Shown here piece after piece: positions 37,897-49,748 of a stretch of DNA of 64,000 nt. The notes below the pieces were generated by a model. It did not search any database and was not told the origin of the DNA. It worked only from the letters and a program-made list of their open reading frames with translations. Location: positions 702,708,001 to 702,772,000 of the forward strand of contig NC_091284.1 of the NCBI RefSeq assembly GCF_032444005.1, read 5' to 3'. Positions within the stretch are counted from its first letter, which is position 1. Each line of letters starts with the position of its first letter. The DNA comes from Ranitomeya imitator. Lineage: Eukaryota. A program made the translations under genes and the position numbers.

Positions 37897-39750
37897 GTAA
37901 TCCCAAACTGTTCTTCAACTATATCAATAGTAAAAGAATAAAAACTGAAAATGTAGGCCCCTTAAAAAATAGTGAGGAAAGAATGGTTGTAGATGACGAG
38001 GAAAAAGCTAACATATTAAACACCTTCTTCTCCACGGTATTCACGGTGGAAAATGAAATGCTAGGTGAAATCCCAAGAAACAATGAAAACCCTATATTAA
38101 GGGTCACCAATCTAACCCAAGAAGAGGTGCGAAACCGGCTAAATAAGATTAAAATAGATAAATCTCCGGGTCCGGATGGCATACACCCACGAGTACTAAG
38201 AGAACTAAGTAATGTAATAGATAAACCATTATTTCTTATTTTTAGTGACTCTATAGCGACAGGGTCTGTTCCGCAGGACTGGCGCATAGCAAATGTGGTG
38301 CCAATATTCAAAAAGGGCTCTAAAAGTGAACCTGGAAATTATAGGCCAGTAAGTCTAACCTCTATTGTTGGTAAAATATTTGAAGGGTTTCTGAGGGATG
38401 TTATTCTGGATTATCTCAATGAGAATAACTGTTTAACTCCATATCAGCATGGGTTTATGAGAAATCGCTCCTGTCAAACCAATCTAATCAGTTTTTATGA
38501 AGAGGTAAGCTATAGGCTGGACCACGGTGAGTCATTGGACGTGGTATATCTCGATTTTTCCAAAGCGTTTGATACCGTGCCGCACAAGAGGTTGGTACAC
38601 AAAATGAGAATGCTTGGTCTGGGGGAAAATGTGTGTAAATGGGTTAGTAACTGGCTTAGTGATAGAAAGCAGAGGGTGGTTATAAATGGTATAGTCTCTA
38701 ACTGGGTCGCTGTGACCAGTGGGGTACCGCAGGGGTCAGTATTGGGACCTGTTCTCTTCAACATATTCATTAATGATCTGGTAGAAGGTTTACACAGTAA
38801 AATATCGATATTTGCAGATGATACAAAACTATGTAAAGCAGTTAATACAAGAGAAGATAGTATTCTGCTACAGATGGATCTGGATAAGTTGGAAACTTGG
38901 GCTGAAAGGTGGCAGATGAGGTTTAACAATGATAAATGTAAGGTTATACACATGGGAAGAGGGAATCAATATCACCATTACACACTGAACGGGAAACCAC
39001 TGGGTAAATCTGACAGGGAGAAGGACTTGGGGATCCTAGTTAATGATAAACTTACCTGGAGCAGCCAGTGCCAGGCAGCAGCTGCCAAGGCAAACAGGAT
39101 CATGGGGTGCATTAAAAGAGGTCTGGATACACATGATGAGAGCATTATACTGCCTCTGTACAAATCCCTAGTTAGACCGCACATGGAGTACTGTGTCCAG
39201 TTTTGGGCACCGGTGCTCAGGAAGGATATAATGGAACTAGAGAGAGTACAAAGGAGGGCAACAAAATTAATAAAGGGGATGGGAGAACTACAATACCCAG
39301 ATAGATTAGCGAAATTAGGATTATTTAGTCTAGAAAAAAGACGACTGAGGGGCGATCTAATAACCATGTATAAGTATATAAGGGGACAATACAAATATCT
39401 CGCTGAGGATCTGTTTATACCAAGGAAGGTGACGGGCACAAGGGGGCATTCTTTGCGTCTGGAGGAGAGAAGGTTTTTCCACCAACATAGAAGAGGATTC
39501 TTTACTGTTAGGGCAGTGAGAATCTGGAATTGCTTGCCTGAGGAGGTGGTGATGGCGAACTCAGTCGAGGGGTTCAAGAGAGGCCTGGATGTCTTCCTGG
39601 AGCAGAACAATATTGTATCATACAATTATTAGGTTCTGTAGAAGGACGTAGATCTGGGTATTTATTTATTATGATGGAATATAGGCTGAACTGGATGGAC
39701 AAATGTCTTTTTTCGGCCTTACTAACTATGTTACTATGTTACTATGTATG
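37897..39750 (+). mobile_element. 5'-truncated CR1 LINE with uninterrupted RT ORF to the stop at 39632
   Basis: 581-aa ORF with [63 protein letters not shown] and RGHSLRL. The 3' tail is an (ACTATGTT)n octamer at about 39725-39747. Confidence 0.96.
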
Positions 39751-40006
39751 TGACACCTACGGTATATTAGGATCCATACTAGGAGACATAGGGACAGCCG
39801 ACGGTGAGTGGGGGCGCCAATCTCGTATCTGTGTTTAGGGTGCCAACCTCCACTAGGCAGTACTAAGAGGTATTGTTTGGCAGGGTTATCCCAGAGTGCA
39901 CGGTTGTGTGTTTTATGTGTTTATCTGGTTGTATTTGTGGCATGGTTTTAATTGGTATATTAATTAAAAGCTATATTTTATCTGTGTTACCTTTAGTACA
40001 TAAAGG

Positions 40007-40965
40007 CAGTGGCGTAACTACCGCGGTCGCAGCGGTCGCCAGTGCGACCGGGCCCGGCAGGTCAGGGGCCCGGGCCCGGCAGGCAGGCTCGGACTGGCAG
40101 TGCCTCACCCCGCTCCAGGGCCTCCCCCCCCTTCCCCGCCGCCGCCGCCGCCGCTGCCTTGAATACTCACCCTGCTCCAGCGATGGTCTCGGCGTCTGCA
40201 GCTCGTTCCTGCTTGAGCGGTCACGTGACACCGCTCATTGAGGTCATGAATATGCCCATATTCATGATCTTAATGAACGGTGTCACATGACCGCTCAAGC
40301 AGGAAGAAGGTGCTACGCCGGCGCCGCCGTCTGGAGTCGGGACAGAGCGCGAGGGATGTCGGCACGGCCGTGCAGTGGGAAGACAGGTGAGTATGAGGGA
40401 CGAGGGACGGGGGGACGGGGGAACGGGGGGGGGGGGGTGGGATGAAGGAGGACATAAGCCGGCGCGCCGAGCAGGAGCGGAGAGCTAAGCCTGCATACAG
40501 GGGGGAATATGAGCCATGCAGGGGGGAATATGAGCCATGCAGGGGGGGATATGAGCCATGCAGGGGGGAATATGAGCCATGCAGGGGGGAATATGAGCCA
40601 TGCAGGGGGGAATATGAGCCATGCAGGGGGGAATATGAGCCATGCAGGGGGGAATATGAGCCATGCATACAGGAGGGGTAATATGAGCTATGTATATGGG
40701 ATAGGAGGGAGATGAGCCATGCATACAGGAGGGGGGTCATTATACAGTATTGAGCATCATGTGTGGCCGTTATACAGTATGCAGCATCATGTGTGGCCAT
40801 TATACAGTATGGAGCATCATGTGTGGTGGCCGTTATACAGTATTGAGCATCATGTGTGGCCATTATTCTATGGGGGTTACATTGAGTTGTATGGCAGGGC
40901 TGCAGGGGGGGGGGCCCCATTTGGAAGTTCGCACCGGGGCCCCTAACTTTGTAGTTACGCCACTG
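40007..40965. mobile_element. hAT non-autonomous element
   Basis: TIR CAGTGGCGTAACTA/TAGTTACGCCACTG with a perfect 8-bp TSD CATAAAGG (39999-40006 and 40966-40973). It carries an internal 21-bp minisatellite (CATGCAGGGGGGAATATGAGC). Confidence 0.95.
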
Positions 40966-40979
40966 CATAAAGGGTTCCT

Positions 40980-41620
40980 ATTGGTATAATTCTGGACAAT
41001 GCCCCTAGACACCCTGCCCATCTGGATGACTTTAACCCTAATGTCAAGGTGGTTTACCTTCCACCTAATAGCACTGCCCTAATACAGCCTATGGACCAAG
41101 GAGTCATTGCTACATTCAGGGCCTACTACCTCCGAAGGGTCATTGGTAATGCTTCAGCAGCAACTGAAAAGAATAAGGACTTGACTCAAAAGGACTTTTG
41201 GAAAACATACAACATCCTTGATGCTGTGAATAACATTGCTGATTCTTGACTCACCTGCCCCTCTTGACTCACCTGCCCCAGTATCTCCAGCACCTTCTGC
41301 AGCTTCCTCCCAATAAGCCTGTTCTCTCTTTGGAATTGTTATCTTTGTTTATTACAGTACACTGTTTATTACTGTTACAGCACTTACAGTAACGTTTTTC
41401 ATTATTAAACGTACTGTACTGCACAATATTTTACCGTACCTATGTTTATTGATAATTATGTACTGTACTGTGTTAGGATAGGTGTTTAGATAGGCTAAGT
41501 GTTTGCAGTACTGTACTGTTATTATGGTACAGCACTGTATGAACATATGGTCCGACTTACGTCGAAATTCGGTTTACAACGCCGCGTAAGACCAAACGTC
41601 GTAAGTCGAGAACTACCTGT
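40980..41620 (+). mobile_element. pogo/Tigger transposon 3' remnant with DDE_1 fragment
   Basis: Translation IILDNAPRHPAHL...VVYLPPNSTALIQPMDQGVIATFRAYY. Terminus GTCGTAAGTCGAGAACTACCTG|TA. Confidence 0.88.
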
Positions 41621-41657
41621 ACTCTAAATAGTATAGTGGGCCCCACATAGTTCTCCA

Positions 41658-43086
41658 TCTATTTACATAATTGTCTAAGGGGTACTTCCGTCGGTCTGTC
41701 TGTCCTTCTGTCACGGATATTCATTGGTCGTGGCCTCTGGAAATCCAAGTCGCTGATTGGTCGCCGCAAAACAGCCACGACCAATCAGCGACGGGCACAG
41801 TCCGGAAGAAAATGGCCGCTCTATACTCCCCGCAGTCAGTGGCCGGCGCCCGCTCCGCGCAGTCAGTGTCCCCAGCGCTCCGCTCCCCGCAGTCAGTGTC
41901 CCCGACGCTCCGCTCCGCGCAGTCAGTGTCCCCAGTGCTCGCTCCCCACAGTCAGTGTCCTCGGCGCTCCGCTCCCCGCAGTCAGTGTCCCCGGCGCTCC
42001 GCTCCCCGCAGTCAGTGTCCCCGGCGCCCACTCCATACTCCCCTCCGATCACCGCTAACACAGGGTTAATGCCGGCGGTAACCATTCCGTTACCGCCGCT
42101 ATTAACCCTGTGTGTCCCCAACCTTTTACTATTGATTCTGCCTATGCGGCATCAATAGTAAAAGAAAGTAATGTTAAAAATAGTACATAAGCAAAAAACC
42201 TGCTATACTCACCCTCCGTTGCCTGCTGAGCCACTCGCGGCTGCCACCATCTTCATTTCCCAGCGATGCTTTGCGAAATTACCCATAAGACCTAGCGGTC
42301 TCCCGAGACCGCTAAGTCATATGGGTAATTTCACAAAGCATCCTGGGAACGCAAGATGGCGGCAGCCGTGCGCCCATCTGCACAGCGCCGTTGGATCCCA
42401 GGAAGCGGAGAGACGGGACACTGAGGAGCAGCGACCAGAATGGTGAGTATGTTCAGCTACAAGGGGCCCTCGAATCGTTAGGTGAGTATGTTTATTTTTT
42501 ATTTTTTTAACCTGTGACATACGTGGCTCGGTAATATAGTACGTCACTGGGCAATATCCTACGTGGCTCTGTGCTGTATACTACAAGGCTGGGCAATATA
42601 CTACGTGACTGGGCAATATACTATGTGGCTGGGCAATATACTACGTGGCTGTGCAATATACTACGTGGCTCTGTGCTGTATACTACGTGGCTGGACAATA
42701 TACTACGTGCCTCTGTGCTGTATACTACATGGCTGGGCAATATACTACGTCACTGGGCAATATACTACGTGGCTCTGTGCTGTATACTACGTGGCTGGGC
42801 AATATACTACGTGGCTGGCCAATATACTACGTCGCTGTGCAATATACTACGTGGCTCTGTGCTGTATACTACGTGGCTGGGCAATATACTACGTAAATGG
42901 GCAATATACTACGTAACTGGGCAATATACTACGTGGCTGAGCAATATACTACATGACTGGGCAATATACTACATCGCTGGGCAATATACTACGTCGATGG
43001 GCAATATACTACGTGGCTGGACAATATACTACGTGGACATGCATATTCTAGAATACCCGATGCGTTAGAATCGGGCCACCATCTAG
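41658..43086 (+). mobile_element. Non-autonomous Helitron with internal minisatellites
   Basis: A|TCTATTTACATAATTGTCTAAGG ... hairpin CCCGATGCGTTAGAATCGGG, then CCACCATCTAG|T. Arrays of GCAGTCAGTGTCCC-type and CTACGTGGCTGGGCAATATA-type units lie inside. Confidence 0.8.
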
Positions 43087-43089
43087 TAC

Positions 43090-43800
43090 AGTGTAATGGG
43101 GCCCTGCATTGCCTTCCATACAGTATAATGGCCCTGCACAGTGCTCCATACAGTAAAATGCACTCCACATAGTGCTCCATACAGTATGTTGGGCCCACAT
43201 AGTGATCCATACATTATAATGCCCCCACATAGTGCTTCATGCATCATTTTGGCCCCTCATAGTGTTCCATACAGCATAATGGGCCCACATAGTGATCCAT
43301 ACATTATAATGCCCCCACATAGTGCTCTGTACATTATTATGGCCCCACATAGTGTTCCATACATTATAATGGGCCCACATAGTGCTCTATACAGAACAAT
43401 GGCCCCACACAATGCTTCATACAGTATAATGGCCCCACATAGTCTTTCATACAGTATAATGGCCCCACATAGTCTTTCATACAGTATAATGGCCCCACAT
43501 AGTGCTCCATACAGTGTAATAGGCCAACATAGTGCTCCTTACAGTTTAATGGCCCTACACAGTGCTCTATACATTATAATGCTCCACATAGTGTTCCATA
43601 CATTACAATGCTCCCACATAGTGCTCCATACATTATAATGGGCCCAGATATTGATCCATGCAGTATGATGGCCCCACATAGTGCTTAATACATTATAATG
43701 CCCCAACATAGTGCTCCATACATTACAATGGTCCCACATAGTGCTTCATACAGTATAATGGCCCCACACAGTGCTCCATACAGTATATTAGGGCCAACAT
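43090..43800. repeat. 30-bp minisatellite
   Basis: Unit similar to CAGTATAATGGCCCCACATAGTGCTCCATA. One unit remains left of the Helitron at about 41630-41656. Confidence 0.9.
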
Positions 43801-44366
43801 GATAAAAAAATGTACTCACCTCTGCCCATTCCCCCGCTACAGTGCTCTCCTCATGGTTTCTTCATATTCTCTGCATATCTCGGTACAGCAGGCGTGTTGT
43901 ATTGACGTCATCGCAGCCGTTGCGCTGAGATGTCAGACGCAGAGGGGGAATGATGAGAGAAGAAGCTCCCTCTTCCATCATTGCTATCAACTGTATCAGC
44001 ATCTAGAATGCCGATATAGTGGAAATGGCGATGCCACCCAGCGTCACTGGCCAAATATACTCACCCTGCTGGCCAGATTTTGACTTCTGTGTATTAGATC
44101 ATAGTCCAGGTTCACACATCACAAAAAAATTTATGGGATTATTGAGGACTATATAATTTTTTTATAGCGGTTTAAGAACTAAGAGCTTGGTAGTTACTAA
44201 CTTCCTGACCGTTGTGCCTGGTGCTAATCTCTGCCATCACAGAGTGCTCCTGCTGGCTATTCTGTGGCTTTCGCTGACGTCACAACCACAGAGCAATGGC
44301 TTCTTTTCCGCTGACAGAGCGTGAATGTTGTCGTCATGCTGATTGACAGCTGGATCTGCTGCCTAA

Positions 44367-45139
44367 GGCTAGTTTCACATTTGCGTTTAAAAATGCAGCG
44401 TCTTAAACGCAAACGCAGGTGGTGAAAAAAACGCATATAAACGCGTGCAAACGCTGTGTTTTTTAGACGCATGCGTTTGTGCATGTGGTAAAAAAAACGC
44501 GGCGTTTTGCCGCGTTTACATGCGTTTTTTCCTGCATTTGCGTTTTTGAAACGCATGATGAGAAGTGTGTGACAGCTGCCAATCATCAAAATCAACTAGA
44601 AAACCCACTATAAACACAAATAGTTAGGGTTAGGGTTAGGATCCCTAGGGTTAGGGTTAGGGTTAGGATCCCTATGGTTAGGGTTAGGATCCCTAGGGTT
44701 AGGGTTAGGATCCCTAGAGTTAGGGTTAGGATCCCTAGGGTTAGGGTTAGGATCCCCAGGGTTAGGGTTAGGATCCCTTTAGGGTTAGGGTTAGGATCCC
44801 TTTAGGGTTAGGGTTGGGGGGTGGCTTATCAGTGTGTATTCTTGTATTTTTCTATTGAAACGCATGCGTTTAAAAACGCAAGCAAATGCATGTGCTTAAA
44901 ACGCATGCATTTACATAGACAGCAATACGTTTTTTGGCAGCAAAAAAACGCCTCTAGAAATTACTACATGTTGCATTTCCGCAACAAAACGCAAGCATAG
45001 AAACAACACATGCGTCGTCAAAACGCGGCAAAACGCATGCAAAAAAACGCATGCGTTTTTAATGTTAAGTATAGAAAAAAAACGCATGCTTTTTTTGCGC
45101 TAAAACGCAGCGGCAAAAAACGCAAATGTGAAATCAGCC
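44367..45139. mobile_element. Harbinger-like MITE containing a telomere-like array
   Basis: TAA|GGCTAGTTTCACATTTGCG ... CGCAAATGTGAAATCAGCC|TTA. The AAACGCATGCG-rich arms are inverted relative to each other. Confidence 0.85.
44623..44819 (+). repeat. Interstitial (TTAGGG)n-like array punctuated by GGATCCC
   Basis: Units of TAGGGTTAGGGTTAGGATCCC. Confidence 0.92.
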
Positions 45140-46772
45140 TTACTGGGCATTCGGCTGTCAAGTCAGCATGACATTGACAGTCATGCCCTATTGACAAATC
45201 TGCCTGGAAGAAGAAGAGCTGCCGTGTTGACGTGGATCAGTTGATTCACTGGCAGGAGCGGTCGGTCAGTCCCGACAACCCCTTTAATCTGTGGAGCTGA
45301 CCTAAAAATCTGCAACAGAATCCAGTTTCTGATTATCCTTGCGGATTTTGGTGCAAATTTAGCTGTGATTTCACTTGTTGCATTGTAAAGAAGGAAATAA
45401 GCGGTGAATGCCTAGAGTGTGCAGCATTGTTTTATGCTGTGAATGCAGTTTGAGGAAACCCCAATCGCCCGCATTATACAGGACTTTATTGCGTCATTGT
45501 GACTGAACTAATGATGAAGAATCCATGCAGATATGGAGGAAAAATTTAGGTAATTCTACGACACAACCAAGCTGTCCCAATCACGTAATCACCCTCACTG
45601 AGCACAACTTATTGTCTTCATAGACGTTTTGATGAATATTGGCACCATTAGCGTATGTAACATTTGTAACCTTATTTTACGCTGTGTAATGAACAATTTT
45701 TTTTTCTGTGATTTGGAAACTGTCAACAGGCTGGTAAGTGACAGCTGGCGGGTTTAGTCAAGGCTTAATTCTAATCATGGTATGAGCGAATACCCAGGGA
45801 AGCCTAAGTAACACGAATGCAGTGGGGTGTAAGATTTTACCAGCTATTCCACACCAGGTCACGGCAGGACACGGTGCACTATACTCCATAGTGGGCTCCC
45901 ACGGCCAGGCTTGGTGCTATCCACTCTACTTAGCAGAACCTAAGGGGATCCTGGTTTTCATTCTTAAACCCCAATATTGGAATATGGTCATCGCAGGTTC
46001 TGTAGACAAGTCAGTGGTTGTGGAGTAAGCTGATGGAAAATCGAACAAGACAAAATCAGAGCCAGGAGCAAGGACAAAATCTGATCCAAAAACACAGGGA
46101 TCCAAACTAAGGGATGTTAGAGGGACAAGCAGGATTCAGAAAGGAAATGTCCAATGTGGACATGCTGGATAGAACCGCTCTTGTTCACATTCGACATTAC
46201 CTTTCTGAACCCTGCTCATACAGGTAATATACAGATGATCAGGTTTTTAAATACATCAGATAGGGATTGCATACATTAGTTAGGACTGCTCTGATACGGG
46301 TATGCCTTGACGTTTGGTATAGCGGCTTAATATACATTTTTTGCAAAAACGTATCAACCAAATACCCTGTTTTTTCCATCTTTTTACTAGCACTTGCTGT
46401 TCACTGTGATTATTTTGCAACAGAGTGTTTTTGGTTTTACTGTGTTTTTTTGTGTTTTCAAGTCTGTTGGTGGTGTGAACATGTCTCTACAGGCTTGTTC
46501 ACTGTGCGCACGGCTCGTGTTCCTGTTTTGCATAAAATCAAAAATGGCTCACGGAGAAAGGACATTGATCCAAATAAACATCACGGAAAAGGGACATAAA
46601 TACGCAAAAAAATGGTAGATTGTGAGTGGTTGTTTCATCAGTATTTTGCACCAGTGTTGCCTCCGGCTTTATCATGGGGGTCTGCTGCATCCTGCTAGTG
46701 CATTGGTGATCTGACCTGGTGTTGGTAAGGCTGCTGCTTTTTCTGTGAGATTTTTCTTGCATTTATGTCCTA

Positions 46773-47100
46773 CTAGATGGTGGCCTGATTCTAACGCATC
46801 GGGTATTCTAGAATATGTATAGTAGTATATAGCACAGCCCACGCAATATATAACACAGGCCACGCAGAATATAACACAGCCCATGTAGTATATAACACAG
46901 CCCATACAGTATATAACAGCCCACGCAGTATATAACACAGCCCACACAGTATATAACACAGCCCACGCAGTATATAACACAGCCCACGCATTATATAACA
47001 CAGCCCATGCAGTATATTTCACTCAGACCACGTAGTATATAACATAGCCCACGCAGTATATAACACAGCCCACGCAATATATAACACAGGCCACGTAGTA
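46773..47100 (-). mobile_element. 3' fragment of the same non-autonomous Helitron family
   Basis: A|CTAGATGGTGGCCTGATTCTAACGCATCGGG followed by a CACAGCCCACGCAGTATATAA-type array. Confidence 0.75.
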
Positions 47101-47159
47101 GCCGATAAACAAGTGGTCATATCACAAATCTTAGCAGCTGTGTGGCAAAACCGAGGACA

Positions 47160-47345
47160 ATTCCTGTAGGTAAGGGCATCCTGGCAGCGCTGGGGTTCTG
47201 CAAGGAATTTGCGTGGGTTTCCTCCGGGTTCTCCGGTTTCCTTCCCTGATAGGAAGTCTAGATTGTAAACCCCATTGGGGACAGTGATGATAATGTCTGT
47301 AAAGCGCTGCAGAATAAGATAATCAAAGCATAATATAAATAAGAG
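47160..47345 (+). mobile_element. Degenerate SINE fragment with L2-type tail
   Basis: TTTGCGTGGGTTTCCTCCGGG ... GGGGACAGTGATGATAATGTCTGTAAAGCGCTGC, similar to 14552-14871. Confidence 0.7.
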
Positions 47346-48388
47346 CTCTTCTATGTCACACTTGCAGCTGCCGTTGCCTCCTTTTCTTGTCAGTCACCTC
47401 CCGCTCTTCGTCTGTTCCCAGTGTGAGTGCTGTCCTCGGTCCTGAACTGCGCCCGGCCTTTGGAAGCACTGCACTTTCCAATTCCACAGCGGCCGCGCTT
47501 GAGATCTGCTTTCTAACGTGACCTGAAGCGTGCTCCTGTGTAGGCCGTGCTGACTAACTTGTGTGAATGAGCACTTTCAGCCCCCTGTTGCTATATGTCC
47601 TCGCATCACTTTGTGCTGCCGGATGCTTCAGGCAATTTCTAAGGTTTCCCGACATGAACAGCTCAGATAAGATAAGTATTTCATTCTCCAAATTACAGTC
47701 TGTGCAAATATTTTGGGTCAAATTACTATAGAGTATCAAATAGAATCCACTACAACTGTGAAATTGTACATTAGAGGGAATGTGTCCACGGAAAATGACG
47801 CATTCTTTACGTTTTTAGGCAAAAAAAAAAAATGGAACTTAAGCATTTTTTGTATTGGAATTGCATGTGTAAACAATTATTAAATAACCAAAAAATATAA
47901 GAAACAAAAAAAACAGTTAATTGGCAACTGAGCGCTGCATGTAGTAATATAGCAACTGAGCAATGCATGTAGCAATATAAGATCGATACAATAGATGCAA
48001 ATGTATAACAAATTAAAAACACAATGGTCAGAACCTGCATTATATCCAGTACAAACCAAAAGTTTGGACACATCTTCTCATTTAAAGATTTTTCTGTATT
48101 TTCATGACTATGAAAATTGTACATTCACACTGAAGGCATCAAAACTATGAATTAACACATGTGGAATTATATACTTAACAAAAATGTGTGAAACAACTGA
48201 AATTATGTCTTATATTCTAGGTTCTTCAAAGTAGCCACCGTTTGCTTTGATGACTGCTTTGCACATTCTTGATACAGGAAAGAAATATATCTTGGTACCG
48301 TGTTAGCCAGTGGACAGAAAAATATTTAGAATTGAGAGTCCTCAGTGGTTGATACCTTTTAATGGCTAACTGAAAAGATGGTAACAAA

Positions 48389-48429
48389 TTGCAAGCTTTC
48401 GAGACTACACAGGTCTCTTCATCAGGCAA
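48389..48429 (-). ncRNA. Minimal type I hammerhead ribozyme in the 3' pLTR (sense to the ORF)
   Basis: Reverse complement reads TTGC-CTGATGA-A-GAGAC(CTGTGTA)GTCTC-GAAA-GC-T-T-GCAA. Stem I is 4 bp, stem II is 5 bp, and stem III is the loopless palindrome AGCT. Confidence 0.88.
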
Positions 48430-48640
48430 AGACTAAAACAAATTCTGAAGAATCACATATTTATGCACAACATAGTATAGGAAAAAAAAAAAAGAGGGGA
48501 AAAAAAACCATGGATAAGCCAGGTGACATGAAGCAGAATTACCATGGGTGATAAACAGTTACGTCCATAAATATTGGGCCAATTCTTAGATAAGGATTGT
48601 TTTATAGTCCTGTGATTAGGGTCTCTGTTGTAATGACCCT

Positions 48641-49435
48641 TCATGGTCTGAGGGGCAAGTTCCTTAGTTGATGTAAAAAGACAAATCCATGTGACACATT
48701 CATTCCTGCATTAAGAGTGTCAAAGGTCGTCATCAGTTTATATTCCCAGACTCTCCTGTCTTTCTGCGATTTGAAGTTTCCTTTCAATACAAGTAATTTC
48801 ATGTCCATAATGTTATGATTTGGGAGACAGAAATGTATTGCCACCGGTAGATCCATTCTTTTTTCTCTTATTGTATGGCGATGGGAGTTCATTCTTGTTC
48901 TAAGCTTCTGCCCTGTCTCCCCCACATACAGACCCCCAGTTGGACATTTAGTACAAATAATTAGGTACACCACATTAGAAGTGACACAGCTGAAAGTACC
49001 TGGTATCTTGTAGTCCTGATGTGAATTGGGGATCTTTATCTTGTCCGTGGTCATTATAAATGGACAGGTTTTACATTTTTGCTGGTTGCAGGGAAAGGTT
49101 CCTGCAGCTGTTGGAGAGGACAGGGAGCTCTTGGCAATGATGCTTCTTAGATTTGGGGGCTGCCTAAAACACAGTAGTGGGGGGTCTGGAAAAATGGATT
49201 GTAAGTGGGCATCTTTTTGCAGTAAAGGTTGCAATTTCCGTGCAGCTCCCCTTAGCACCTCCAGATTTGGATTGTAGGTAACTACTAGAGGTACCCGGTT
49301 ATTTTCTTCTTTAGCTTTGTAATGTAGCAGGTGATTCCTTGATATTCTGGTGGCTCTTGTGATCTGATTTTCAATTGTTCTTGGATGGTAGCCCTGATTC
49401 AAAAAGATCTTTCTGAGGCGACCAAGGTGTTCATC
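48641..49435 (-). CDS. PLE ORF C-terminal part: thumb, Cys linker and GIY-YIG endonuclease (disrupted by insertion)
   Basis: GTFPCNQQKCKTCPFI, then NVVYLIICTKCPTGGLYVGETGQKLRTRMNSHR...VAIHF...LNAGMN. Confidence 0.93.
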   Translation of the reverse strand, partial: DEHLGRLRKIFLNQGYHPRTIENQITRATRISRNHLLHYKAKEENNRVPLVVTYNPNLEVLRGAARKLQPLLQKDAHLQSIFPDPPLLCFRQPPNLRSIIAKSSLSSPTAAGTFPCNQQKCKTCPFIMTTDKIKIPNSHQDYKIPGTFSCVTSNVVYLIICTKCPTGGLYVGETGQKLRTRMNSHRHTIREKRMDLPVAIHFCLPNHNIMDMKLLVLKGNFKSQKDRRVWEYKLMTTFDTLNAGMNVSHGFVFLHQLRNLPLRP

Positions 49436-49440
49436 CCTAT

Positions 49441-49735
49441 AGGAAAAACAAAATCCAGCTCACCATACCGACATTCCCAGGAGCTCGGAGCACGGAACCG
49501 CTGTGTCAGGGCGTGGACGAACAGGAAAGAGAAGGAGATCCAGCTCAACGAAATAGTGAAAAATCCATAATTTATTTCACTTAAAATGATTAAGGGTGCT
49601 TAGTCACTGGAAACGCGTTGACCTTGTTTTTATAATTTTTTCTGTATGCTGATGTTTTGTCCTTTCACTATATTTTAAGTGAAATAAATTATGGATTTTT
49701 CACTATTTCGTTGAGCTGGATCTCCTTCTCTTTCC
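49441..49735 (-). mobile_element. 295-bp fold-back insertion (5'-truncated, inverted PLE end of another family)
   Basis: 13-bp TSD TGTTCATCCCTAT (49428-49440 and 49736-49748). Perfect 69-bp inverted arms at 49519-49587 and 49672-49740. Partial hammerhead GATTA-A-GGGTG(CTTAGT)CACTG-GAAACGCGTT at about 49588-49620. Confidence 0.88.
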
Positions 49736-49748
49736 TGTTCATCCCTAT

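Noticed and set aside
37919-39625. Minus-strand ORFs of 130-215 aa
   Set aside because: Antisense shadows of the CR1 RT ORF.
41671-43739. Repetitive ORFs of 130-165 aa
   Set aside because: Minisatellite translations within and next to the Helitron.
44623-44819. True telomere or chromosome fusion site
   Set aside because: Short, regularly interrupted, single orientation, and enclosed by MITE TIRs.
49675-49748. C-terminus EQEREGDPAQRNSEKSIIYFT of the 657-aa ORF as a real protein end
   Set aside because: It is read-through into the nested 295-bp insertion. The true frame resumes at HLGRLRK.
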